Of a DNA stretch of 64,000 bases, positions 19,584 to 28,410 are shown one piece after another. The position numbers and the translations under genes were made by a program. The notes beneath the pieces are model-generated. The model was not told the origin of the DNA and did not search any database. It saw only the letters and a program-made list of their open reading frames with translations. The DNA comes from an uncultured Nitrososphaeraceae archaeon (GTDB taxonomy: Archaea; Thermoproteota; Nitrososphaeria; Nitrososphaerales; Nitrososphaeraceae): NCBI GenBank assembly GCA_964531845.1, contig CAZHFI010000001.1, positions 14,454-78,453 of the forward strand. The letters run 5' to 3'. How positions within the stretch are numbered: the stretch's first letter is position 1; every line of letters starts with the position of its first letter.

Positions 19584-20498
19584 GTGATTTTATATAATAT
19601 TAGTTTTTTCATTCTATCTTTTTTTTTAATTATAGTATTTTGTACTATTAGTAGTTACAATAATCACCAAAATGAAACCTTAGTGCAAGCAATCCAAGAC
19701 AAATCCAATTCCAATATGACAGATAGGTTTGGTATAATAAAAATTTACCAGACAAAGGAAAATGGTAGGGAATGGTATTTAAACATGACAAACCCTTTGG
19801 CAGATGATCTTTTTTCAGTTTCTTATGACAACTTGTTATTAAGAAAGCAGGCAGATAATTCATGGCAAATTGGAGGTTCAGAAGTAAAATTTAATGTTAA
19901 TTCAACTGATAGAGAATTTTGGAAAAATGTGGAAATCACAGGTTATATAAAGATAGTTGGATTATTGCCCTTTAATGAAAAAGCAATTACTGAGGATTTT
20001 GACAAGGATTATGAATTTAGCTGGATAGCTAGAAGTGGAAAACATTCAAGTTCTACTCCCTGTGATGGAACGGCACTGGTGGGGTCTATCAATGTAAATG
20101 GGTCTGTATCCTGGAAGAAAGAGATTTGGCATACGGGAGGATATACAGGCGATAGAGCTAAACAAAAAATCACTGATTCGATATTTAATAAATGGATTGG
20201 ATGGAAAACTGTTGTATACAATACAGAAAATAACTCGAATGTAAAAATGGAATCATATATAGATAATAAAAATTTAGGATACTGGATAAAAACGTCTGAA
20301 ATAATAGATAACGGTAATTGGAATGCAAAAAATAACAATCAAGTGTTTTATAAAATAAAGTGTAATAAAAAAATCGATCAGATATTAACGGATCCTAAAC
20401 CTTATGTTACCTTCAGAGCAGATAATTTAATATGGAATTTTAAAGACTTGAGCATAAGGGAAATCGATCCGAATAAAATGATATACGGTGCACCATAG
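19584..20498 (+). CDS. hypothetical secreted/anchored protein
   Basis: GTG start and N-terminal hydrophobic segment. W/G/N-rich and probably beta-rich. No family assigned. Confidence 0.45.
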   Translation: MILYNISFFILSFFLIIVFCTISSYNNHQNETLVQAIQDKSNSNMTDRFGIIKIYQTKENGREWYLNMTNPLADDLFSVSYDNLLLRKQADNSWQIGGSEVKFNVNSTDREFWKNVEITGYIKIVGLLPFNEKAITEDFDKDYEFSWIARSGKHSSSTPCDGTALVGSINVNGSVSWKKEIWHTGGYTGDRAKQKITDSIFNKWIGWKTVVYNTENNSNVKMESYIDNKNLGYWIKTSEIIDNGNWNAKNNNQVFYKIKCNKKIDQILTDPKPYVTFRADNLIWNFKDLSIREIDPNKMIYGAP

Positions 20499-20534
20499 AA
20501 CGAGTCATTTTTATTGGATCTAATCATGCTTTAA

Positions 20535-20972
20535 TTATGTTTCCAAATTTGTTACAGAATCTTCAAAGAAGGTTTTCCTAGCTTTAATAGGAGCATCATA
20601 ATAGGATGCAAGTGCAATAGCATCAGAAGCCCTATAATTTCTTAAGATCAAATCACCTTTTCTTCCATGAAAGTACAAGTTTGCACGCAAGATTGAACCA
20701 CTTAAATACAGTCTAACCTCAGTTAAAAGCAAATCTTGCATCACAGCGATCTCATCAACCAAATTATATATAGTAGGAATACTACTTTTGTCTCCCGATC
20801 TAAAACGTGAAATATGCTTTGCAACTTCACCCGAAAATGCATTAATTGGAAATTCTTTCCCTTCTGGTGATTTTAATACTATAAAACCTTCTAATCCAAG
20901 CTGATCTAAATATCCCACTTGAGCTATCAACACATCAATAAATTCATCTTCAGTTGGAGTATTATCAGTCAT
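20535..20972 (-). CDS. bifunctional nuclease (BFN/DUF151) family protein
   Basis: FPINAFSGEVAKHI and RASDAIALASYYDAPI match the BFN pattern. I prefer the internal ATG at 20972 (MTDNTPTEDE...) to the track start at 21029. Confidence 0.7.
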   Translation of the reverse strand: MTDNTPTEDEFIDVLIAQVGYLDQLGLEGFIVLKSPEGKEFPINAFSGEVAKHISRFRSGDKSSIPTIYNLVDEIAVMQDLLLTEVRLYLSGSILRANLYFHGRKGDLILRNYRASDAIALASYYDAPIKARKTFFEDSVTNLET

Positions 20973-21052
20973 GGTATTGATATATTCATTATTCCTAAAA
21001 AATATTCGGATGAGGCATTGAAATTTCAAAAAGTAAGCTGATTGTTGGGTAA

Positions 21053-21448
21053 TTATTGTGATTCCGGTGTAATTCTCTCTATTATATGCATTATGTCATT
21101 TGATTTCACGGTAATTTTTATTGTACCAAGCGGTGAATCTTGCTCATTTTCAGTTAATACAACGGTATTCACTGTTGCAGCTTGCTTGTTCAATAAAAAA
21201 AAAGTCGAATCATTTTCAATATTAGTTAATAACAATCGCCGTAGTACAGAAAAAATAGATTTAGATCTAACTTGTTCAAGTATTGGCTGAATAGATGAAA
21301 GATCAGATGATGACCCCGATAGCAAATGATTTGCCCTTGATATCTCAATATTCATAATATTTTTTATCGCATTGAGTAATTTTTCACCAGATTCAGAAGG
21401 ATTTATCATCGATTCGATTGTTATTTTAATATTATAATTTTTATTCAT
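21053..21448 (-). CDS. UPF0201-type RNA-binding protein (dsRBD-like fold family)
   Basis: LLNKQAATVNTVV and DSPLGTIKITV match the conserved LNKQAA / SPLGPI motifs of this archaeal family. It sits next to a UPF0200-type kinase, as in other archaea. Confidence 0.7.
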   Translation of the reverse strand: MNKNYNIKITIESMINPSESGEKLLNAIKNIMNIEISRANHLLSGSSSDLSSIQPILEQVRSKSIFSVLRRLLLTNIENDSTFFLLNKQAATVNTVVLTENEQDSPLGTIKITVKSNDIMHIIERITPESQ

Positions 21449-21482
21449 AATTTGAAACTAAGTTAGTTTATAAATATATAAA

Positions 21483-22019
21483 CTATGACGATTTATCCCA
21501 TTTCTTTATAATCGCACGTGCTTTGGAAATCAATTTGTCAATCGGAATATCATTATTAGGAATGATTTCATCTGCTAGAGCAATTGCCTTGCTCACTCCA
21601 ACTTCCAGCTCTCTTCGATCACGTAATTCACATTCTTTCATTGTAGATGGGGCATCTGATCTTGACCTCTCCTTTAGATGTCTAAATCGGTTAGTAGCAG
21701 AAGCATGAATTCCTAAAATTTTAACTTCTCCTAACTTTTTTAACAGATTTATCTCTGAATTGCTTCTTATGCCATCTATTATGAATTTGTTCTTTTTTTG
21801 TTCAGAATGAATAGTTGAAATTTTGTTTGCCACTAATCGTGCTATTGCTTCTTCCCCATTTTCCTTCCTCAGTTCAAGCATCAATTTCCCAAGATTTTCA
21901 TCTGTTGGATTTAATCCTCTATTAAACGCCTCTTCTCTTACACAATCCCCCATCGTTACCACAACATATCCATCTTTTGATAATGAGGAAGCCACAGTTG
22001 ACTTACCTGCACCAGGCAT
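21483..22019 (-). CDS. P-loop nucleotide kinase-like protein (UPF0200 / dephospho-CoA-kinase-like); N-terminus apparently frameshifted
   Basis: The ORF begins exactly at the Walker A loop, MPGAGKST. The preceding beta-strand KKLIICITG is encoded upstream in frame but has no start codon. See the finding at 22017..22059. Confidence 0.7.
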   Translation of the reverse strand: MPGAGKSTVASSLSKDGYVVVTMGDCVREEAFNRGLNPTDENLGKLMLELRKENGEEAIARLVANKISTIHSEQKKNKFIIDGIRSNSEINLLKKLGEVKILGIHASATNRFRHLKERSRSDAPSTMKECELRDRRELEVGVSKAIALADEIIPNNDIPIDKLISKARAIIKKWDKSS

Positions 22020-22041
22020 TCCGGTAATACAAATTATCAGC

Positions 22042-22048
22042 TTTTTTT
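22042..22048 (-). other. A7 (plus-strand T7) homopolymer at the junction of two reading frames of the kinase gene
   Basis: The ATG at 22059..22057 (MEFSKK) is one nucleotide out of frame with the kinase ORF. Removing one A from this run joins them as MEFSKKLIICITGMPGAGKST. Confidence 0.6.
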
Positions 22049-22305
22049 GAAAATTCCATCACCGATTATTGATATCAATATTGCTAAAACGTAATTTAAT
22101 TAATATATATTGATTGATCGATACTGTTCTTTCCTTGGTTACTAATGATGAAAATTATTGTCAAAAAATATAAATTTATTTGAACTGTAAAATATTCTTA
22201 TAGTCAATAAAAAAAAATAAACGAAAATTTTTTTTAAATAACATAAATGAAGAAACTGACAAGAATCCTAAGAACTATTTTCATAGTTTTGTTGCCAATA
22301 AAAAT

Positions 22306-22524
22306 ATGGAATGTGGAATAATGAGATTAAAACCGGGCCAAATAGATGTACAAACACCACATTCATCCGATGAAATTTATTATATTCTTTGGTATTGGCT
22401 ATTTAGAGATAAATAAAAAAAATTACCTGATAAAAAGGACAATATTATTTTGATACCCAAGAATTTTCCCCGAAGGTTTGATTCCAATAAAGTCGAGGTG
22501 ACGATTTTATATGTTATAGCATAA
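22306..22524 (+). pseudogene. decayed cupin-domain gene (two frameshifts, internal stop)
   Basis: Hand translation across three segments:
- frame 1: MECGIMRLKPGQIDVQTPHSSDEIYYIL
- frame 2, 22391..22435: GIGYLEINKKNYLIK
- frame 1 again, from 22435: KDNIILIPKNFPRRFDSNKVEVTILYVIA*
Joined, these give a cupin-like two-motif pattern. Frame 1 alone hits TAA at 22414..22416. Confidence 0.4.
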
Positions 22525-22593
22525 TAATATCAATGTTAGTCTGTTAAAGATAAAATAGAAAGCTACAAATTTAACCGCATAGTCTAATAAAAT

Positions 22594-22761
22594 ATGCCCA
22601 TCACAGATGCAAATAAAAAACAGATAGCACAACAAAGAAGATTATTCTACAAGATTTGTTTCAATTGCGGTGGAAGAAATCCCATCTCATCAGAACGATG
22701 TCGAAAGTGCCATGGTCATCACATGAGATTGAAAAATAGAACTATTGGTGCAAAGAAATAG
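22594..22761 (+). CDS. rpl40e: 50S ribosomal protein L40e
   Basis: 55-aa ORF read by hand: MPITDANKKQIAQQRRLFYKICFNCGGRNPISSERCRKCHGHHMRLKNRTIGAKK. This is the canonical L40e N-terminus with the CxxC...CxxC zinc ribbon. It is below the ORF-track length cut-off. Confidence 0.85.
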   Translation: MPITDANKKQIAQQRRLFYKICFNCGGRNPISSERCRKCHGHHMRLKNRTIGAKK

Positions 22762-22785
22762 AAAAATTATATTTTATTTTAATGT

Positions 22786-24510
22786 TTACCAATAATTTGC
22801 CTTTATCTTTTCTATAGTCTTTTCATGATCTGGGCCTTTCTTTCGTGCATATTTTTCTATTTCTGTTAGTGGTACACCACCTAGTGTTCTTGCCAATCCT
22901 GAAAAAAACAAATTCTTAACTAAATGCTCTCTTCCGACCTTGTGCATAAATTTCTGTATCCCATACTTAAAATTATGTTGCCAAGTTTTATACATCACTC
23001 CCATTTTTCCAGGATCCATTGTGTTTCCGATATCAAAAAAGTTTGATTTTTCCAAAAGTCCAATTGGAACAAATGTGAGAGGAGTTACTGTAAATTGTGA
23101 ATCTGGTTGTTCCTTTTCCAATTCATGTATAAGCCTAATTGTCTCCCAGCTATCCTCTTCAGTTTCATCGTTATCTAGCCCCATAATAAGGGTAAAGGCA
23201 GGCACCCAGTAATTTTCATTTAATAATTTTACACCAGTCTTTACGACCCAATGCCATTCATCTGGCTTGTATGGAGCCAATTTTCTGTCAGCGTATTTGC
23301 CAATCAATCTTATGCTTCCGGTTTCAAAACCACATTGAACCCCGATAAAGTTATTTGGCCCAGATTTAATAATTTTTGAAACATTGGGAACCAGTCTTTC
23401 ATCTGCAATTGCCCCAGCTAATGTACCATGTGTGGGATTAGTATGTTCCACGCCTGTGGCCATTATACCTTTGAAAAGATCTTCGATAGATTCTCTATTT
23501 GGCTGCATATTTTTTGTAGTTCTGGGGTTTAATCCGTACACAAAAATATCATCACTATGAACCCACGCATTCTTTAATCCTCCATACTTCATATTAATTT
23601 CAATTTCCTTTTGAATTTTTTCAACAGGGTAATAACGGAGTGGTCTTAAAGTTACGTCACAAAATTTACATCCTCTGCCACATCCTCTCATAACTTCTAT
23701 CATGCCATGCATGCTTGGATTTATTATGTTAGGAATTTCATCAACAGATGGTTCGTCGTTATAATGTATAAATCTGCCATGAATTTTTTTATTATCCTTC
23801 GTAAATTCTTTTATTTCAACTTTAAATTCATTTTTTTTAAAAGGATTTGCCATGTCTAAATCCCCATTAATAAGAGAATCGAAAAATCTTCCTCCTGCAC
23901 CATCTATCTCTGGCCCGATTCCTCCAAGTTCTCCTTCTAATATTGCATAAAGACCATATTCTTCAATTTTTACTGGATCGTAGTTATATTGCCATGTGCC
24001 AGAAGCTCCAACTACTACCTTGGCTTTACTTCCAGTTTTTTCTTTAGCTTTTAAAATTTTTCGGTGTAATTCACGGTTGTAAAATTCATCATATGACATG
24101 GTAGCACGTCCATATGTAAATGTCATAGTTACAGGTCCCATTCCCAAAGGGTCCATTTCATAAGTTCCTACAACTTCCGTTTCAGGTCCGATAAACTTTT
24201 CAATATGATCTGGATGCGCAACTACAACATCTTCTTTTTTATATCCATCTCGAATCAATGATGCCTCTACTTTTCTCAAACCATATGGAGCGTAATTTGC
24301 GATCCCATTACTATGATCTATTGGATTACAAATAAAATCGAACAAAATTCTGGGAGTTACCTGATTTTTGAGTATATAATACCAAAAGGAACTTTTATTC
24401 CTCCTAAAATCAAGTGCTGGAGCACACCCAAAAAATGATGCTAATGAGATTCCACGGTAAGGGGACATCAATGTACGATCGGCAGATAAAACAACTTTTG
24501 GATATTTCAT
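22786..24510 (-). CDS. large radical SAM protein with N-terminal B12-binding-like domain
   Basis: CGRGCKFC (CX3CX2C) lies near residue 280 of 574. The N-terminal segment YAPYGLRKVEASLIRDGY resembles the cobalamin-binding-like domain of class B radical SAM enzymes. Confidence 0.8.
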   Translation of the reverse strand: MKYPKVVLSADRTLMSPYRGISLASFFGCAPALDFRRNKSSFWYYILKNQVTPRILFDFICNPIDHSNGIANYAPYGLRKVEASLIRDGYKKEDVVVAHPDHIEKFIGPETEVVGTYEMDPLGMGPVTMTFTYGRATMSYDEFYNRELHRKILKAKEKTGSKAKVVVGASGTWQYNYDPVKIEEYGLYAILEGELGGIGPEIDGAGGRFFDSLINGDLDMANPFKKNEFKVEIKEFTKDNKKIHGRFIHYNDEPSVDEIPNIINPSMHGMIEVMRGCGRGCKFCDVTLRPLRYYPVEKIQKEIEINMKYGGLKNAWVHSDDIFVYGLNPRTTKNMQPNRESIEDLFKGIMATGVEHTNPTHGTLAGAIADERLVPNVSKIIKSGPNNFIGVQCGFETGSIRLIGKYADRKLAPYKPDEWHWVVKTGVKLLNENYWVPAFTLIMGLDNDETEEDSWETIRLIHELEKEQPDSQFTVTPLTFVPIGLLEKSNFFDIGNTMDPGKMGVMYKTWQHNFKYGIQKFMHKVGREHLVKNLFFSGLARTLGGVPLTEIEKYARKKGPDHEKTIEKIKANYW

Positions 24511-24629
24511 GATATTATCTTTTTACCAACCTATTCATTTGTAATCTGAATTAATAAGTTTTCGCAACCTATTAGAAGGTTTATTATAAAAAAACCAATA
24601 TACCAAATAAATCTAAAAAATAATTAAAA

Positions 24630-24887
24630 TTGGATTTAACCGAAAATAAGATAAATGATGAACTATTACGATGTAATGTATGTAATGTGAATATCGATTT
24701 CTTAAAAGTAAAAGAGCATGCAGATACAGTTAATCACAGAAAGAATAAAGCAAAATATTCTAATGAATTAAGTTTTTACTTAAATAAAAACAACGGTTCA
24801 GATTCAACAATAGGATTTTGGCTTAATTCGATTTCTCAGTCAATGATAAAAAATAATGATCTCAAAATAATAAAACAAGATATTTAG
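24630..24887 (+). CDS. small protein with U1/JAZ-like C2H2 zinc finger
   Basis: TTG start. LRCNVCNVNIDFLKVKEHADTVNHRKNK has the spacing C-x2-C-x11-H-x5-H followed by a basic tail. Confidence 0.4.
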   Translation: MDLTENKINDELLRCNVCNVNIDFLKVKEHADTVNHRKNKAKYSNELSFYLNKNNGSDSTIGFWLNSISQSMIKNNDLKIIKQDI

Positions 24888-24936
24888 ATAAAGCAAAGTT
24901 AAAAATCGCAATTTAAGATAAAAGAATGGATCGTGG

Positions 24937-25701
24937 ATGATAGAATCAATTATTTTTTTGTTCTTTATTGGAATATCTGCTGGGATTATAGGCGCACTAA
25001 TAGGAATAGGTGGAGGGGTAATAACAACTCCAGCACTTGCCCTTTTAGGATTACCGCCTTATATAATTTCTAGTTCTAGTCTGATAGGAGTAGTGTCAAC
25101 CAGTATTTCTTCTACAATAATATTCTCAAAAAAGAAACTTATTGATTATGTTACTGGATATAAAATTGGCATTATTACAATCCCGACATCCATTTTAGGT
25201 GCATTTTTATCAAAAGAAATATCGATAAATGATTTTAAATTTTATTTTGCGATTGTATTATTGTCTGTTGCAACATACATTATTTTTAAAAATAAAATTT
25301 TATTAAAAAATAATAGTAATTCAAAAAATAATGGTCGTATATTAAAAATTTTGATTTATCCTACTGCATTAATTGGTGGTTTGATCTCTAGTTTGTTCGG
25401 TGTTGGCGGCGGTATAGTATATGTACCTCTACTTATCCTAATTTTGGATACAAAAATGAAAATAGCTAGTCCTACATCACAATTCATATTACTTTTTTCT
25501 TCTGTTACTGGTCTTGCCACACATATAATCCTTGGACATCCAGATTATATTTATGGAATAATTATTGCAATAGGTTCTGCAATTGGTGCCCAACTTGGGG
25601 CTAGGCTTTTAACAAGAGTGAAAGAAAAAACTTTGTCCTTAATCTTTGCAATATTTTTAATTTTAGTAGCAATTAGATTTTTTTTAGAAACCAATATGTG
25701 A
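24937..25701 (+). CDS. TauE/SafE (DUF81) family anion exporter membrane protein
   Basis: Two internal repeats, each carrying G-rich motifs (GIGGGVITTP and GVGGGIVYVPLL). About 8 TM helices. Confidence 0.85.
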   Translation: MIESIIFLFFIGISAGIIGALIGIGGGVITTPALALLGLPPYIISSSSLIGVVSTSISSTIIFSKKKLIDYVTGYKIGIITIPTSILGAFLSKEISINDFKFYFAIVLLSVATYIIFKNKILLKNNSNSKNNGRILKILIYPTALIGGLISSLFGVGGGIVYVPLLILILDTKMKIASPTSQFILLFSSVTGLATHIILGHPDYIYGIIIAIGSAIGAQLGARLLTRVKEKTLSLIFAIFLILVAIRFFLETNM

Positions 25702-25767
25702 CAACCAAAATGACTGACATATAATTTTCAAATATATTAAATAGAAGATAATATAATTTACAAGAAT

Positions 25768-26784
25768 TTGCGACTTATACTAATTGGATTTGGAGCAATA
25801 GGACAAAGTCTTACAAAGCTTCTTTTATCGAAATCTCCTGATCTTTACAACATTTACGGTATTAAACCAAGAATAGTTGCATGTGTTGATCACAAAGGAG
25901 CTGCCATCTCTCCATCTGGATTAGATTTAGAAAGACTTTTGAATGTAAAAAAGATCAAAGGAACTGTAGGCAAATATAATGAAAAAAAAGTTGCATTGAA
26001 TTCTTTGGAAATAATCGAGAATACAGAAGCCGAAATTGTATTGGAACTTACTCCTACAAATCTTGATAACGGAGAGCCAGGGCTTTCCCATTTAATTAGT
26101 GCAATGAGATCAGGAAAGCATGTAGTAACTGCGAACAAGGGACCTCTTTCCCTAGCTTTACCATCGCTATTGGAATTGGCAGATTATAATGGAATAATGT
26201 TTAGGTTTAGTGGAACCGTAGGAGGAGGAACTCCAATATTAGAATATGCCAAACATTGTCTAAAAGGAGATAGAATAGTTTCATTTAGAGGTATCCTTAA
26301 CGGTACGACAAACTATATTCTTAGTAAGATGGAAAATGGTCTAGACTTTCAAGGGGCACTTTCTGATGCCCAAAAAAATGGATATGCAGAAGCAAAACCA
26401 TCCTTAGATGTTGATGGATATGATGCTGCTGCAAAATTAGTAATAATGGCCAATTGGATAATGGGAATGAAGGTAACAATGAAAAACGTAAGTATGTATG
26501 GTATTAGTAAGATAACGTTAGACGATATAAATAAAGCAAAAAATAAAAAATGTGCAATAAAGTTAATTGCCAGTTGTGAAAATAGAACCCTTATTGTAAA
26601 ACCTATGGAAATAGATGCTAACGATCCAATTTGTGTTGATGGAACACTAAACGCAATAAAATTTACCTTAGAATATGCAGGAGAACAAACTATAATAGGA
26701 AAAGGTGCTGGTGGGATTGAGACTGCGAGCGCTGTTTTAAGAGATATGATAGAAATTCGTGACAAAATAATAAATAAGGTATGA
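25768..26784 (+). CDS. hom: homoserine dehydrogenase
   Basis: TTG start. LIGFGAIGQ Rossmann motif, TANKGPL, GTVGGGTPI, and a YAEAKPSLDVDGYDAAAKL region. Confidence 0.9.
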   Translation: MRLILIGFGAIGQSLTKLLLSKSPDLYNIYGIKPRIVACVDHKGAAISPSGLDLERLLNVKKIKGTVGKYNEKKVALNSLEIIENTEAEIVLELTPTNLDNGEPGLSHLISAMRSGKHVVTANKGPLSLALPSLLELADYNGIMFRFSGTVGGGTPILEYAKHCLKGDRIVSFRGILNGTTNYILSKMENGLDFQGALSDAQKNGYAEAKPSLDVDGYDAAAKLVIMANWIMGMKVTMKNVSMYGISKITLDDINKAKNKKCAIKLIASCENRTLIVKPMEIDANDPICVDGTLNAIKFTLEYAGEQTIIGKGAGGIETASAVLRDMIEIRDKIINKV

Positions 26785-27013
26785 TTCTTTGAATTACAAA
26801 TTAAAAAACCTAGAGGAAATTGTTTTTGTCCAATTTATGATATAAATTCAATAGATTATTTGAAATTTCCATCATATTTGTAACTAAAATAATAGACATA
26901 AATAAATACTTTTTTAAATGCCCAAGATATTGAGATAAGGCAAAAAATTATTTTATAAAAATTTAAATATTGAAAAGAATTATTAGCCAGTTTCTTAATT
27001 TTATAATTATAAA

Positions 27014-27667
27014 ATGTATAGCGGAGAAATGGAGATTCAGGCAAAAAGAAAGACACTTGCTGTTTTACACGATGAGGTTAATAGGATTTTAAATTCTTCA
27101 AGAGAGTTATCTCAATTAGTATCATGTCTTTCCGAGCAAAAAGATAATGAAGTTCAGCAATGTATCAATAAAATGAAGGATGGAGAAGATGAGGTTAAAA
27201 CCATTAAAAGAAAGATAACACGGGAAGTCGCAGAGATTGGTAGCCTAATGGTTTATAGAGAAGATATATTGAGAACAGCTTATATAATAGACGATATTGC
27301 GGGATATATCAGCGGAACTGCATTTAGGTTATCCAATATAAAACCTTCCACATTACAAAATGGATCTCTCGCCACTGATTTAAAGGAGTTAATAGGAATG
27401 GCCGTAGACTTGATATTTAAGATTAATGAAATGACAAGAGCATTAAGTCTTAATCCTGCAGGAATCTTGGACCTATCACACGATGTTCAAAGATTAGAAA
27501 AAGAAGTTGATGCAAAATACAGAAATATGATTATTAATGCACTAAATCAGATAACATCCAACAAGGATTTATTGCTCTTAAAAGATGCCATAGAAGGAAT
27601 CGAAGGAATGGCAGACAAATGTCAAGAAGCCTCTGATTCTCTTACAATATTGGCAATGAGTATTTAA
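27014..27667 (+). CDS. DUF47 (PhoU-like, TIGR00153-type) family protein
   Basis: Two-repeat helical pattern with REDILRTAYIIDDIA and LKDAIEGIEGMADKCQEASDSL, as in YkaA/DUF47 proteins. Confidence 0.65.
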   Translation: MYSGEMEIQAKRKTLAVLHDEVNRILNSSRELSQLVSCLSEQKDNEVQQCINKMKDGEDEVKTIKRKITREVAEIGSLMVYREDILRTAYIIDDIAGYISGTAFRLSNIKPSTLQNGSLATDLKELIGMAVDLIFKINEMTRALSLNPAGILDLSHDVQRLEKEVDAKYRNMIINALNQITSNKDLLLLKDAIEGIEGMADKCQEASDSLTILAMSI

Positions 27668-28221
27668 TGAAAAGTGAACAGGTAGGAATTTTAATAGAAA
27701 ACAGAATTTTAATTGATGATATAGAACATTCACGTAATCTATATTCAAATGGGTTCTTTGGTAAACCAATCGGAGTGCCAAAACCCAAAGGGATTCAATT
27801 TGATTCACCATTGGTGTTAGATTTGATGGAGGGATATTATTTAGCTGAGAAAAAGAAGATAGTAATTGTAGATTCGAATAGAAAAAAGATTACTTCTAAT
27901 GTTCTTAGAAAAAAATGCAGAATAGAATACAATGATTTTGATTTAAAATATATGACTTATAAGGAATTAAGGGAATTAAAATATGTACTGACATCCGGAA
28001 TCAAATTTGGATGTGATTTTGCATTATATGAACGTGGACCAGGTATTGACCACGCTCCATTCTTGGTACAAGTTTACAATCAAGAAAAAAAAATTAATGC
28101 AATAGAAATCGTATTAGCTGGGAGGTTAGCCACTACCGTAAAAAAACAATTCATCATTGCAATCCCAAAACCAACTGAAAAAAAAATAGACTTTATAGGT
28201 TTTGATTGGTGGAAAGCATAA
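27667..28221 (+). CDS. endA: tRNA-splicing endonuclease
   Basis: LDLMEGYYL, YKELRELKYVLTSGIKFGCDFALYERGPG and HAPFLVQV match the EndA catalytic-domain pattern. The start overlaps the upstream stop by 1 nt (TAATG). Confidence 0.8.
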   Translation: MKSEQVGILIENRILIDDIEHSRNLYSNGFFGKPIGVPKPKGIQFDSPLVLDLMEGYYLAEKKKIVIVDSNRKKITSNVLRKKCRIEYNDFDLKYMTYKELRELKYVLTSGIKFGCDFALYERGPGIDHAPFLVQVYNQEKKINAIEIVLAGRLATTVKKQFIIAIPKPTEKKIDFIGFDWWKA

Positions 28222-28410
28222 AAAACAAGCCAATAATTCTAGATTCTACTCATGATTATTATTATGACACTTACGTGAATAATTATTTACCATGATTGTA
28301 AGCTTGCAATTATAATAGTAAAAAAAATTTATTTATTAACGCTATATTCTTATTAGAGTTCATGATTATTCAAATAAGATTGCTTATTGTAAATCAGTTT
28401 TGTTAAAGGC

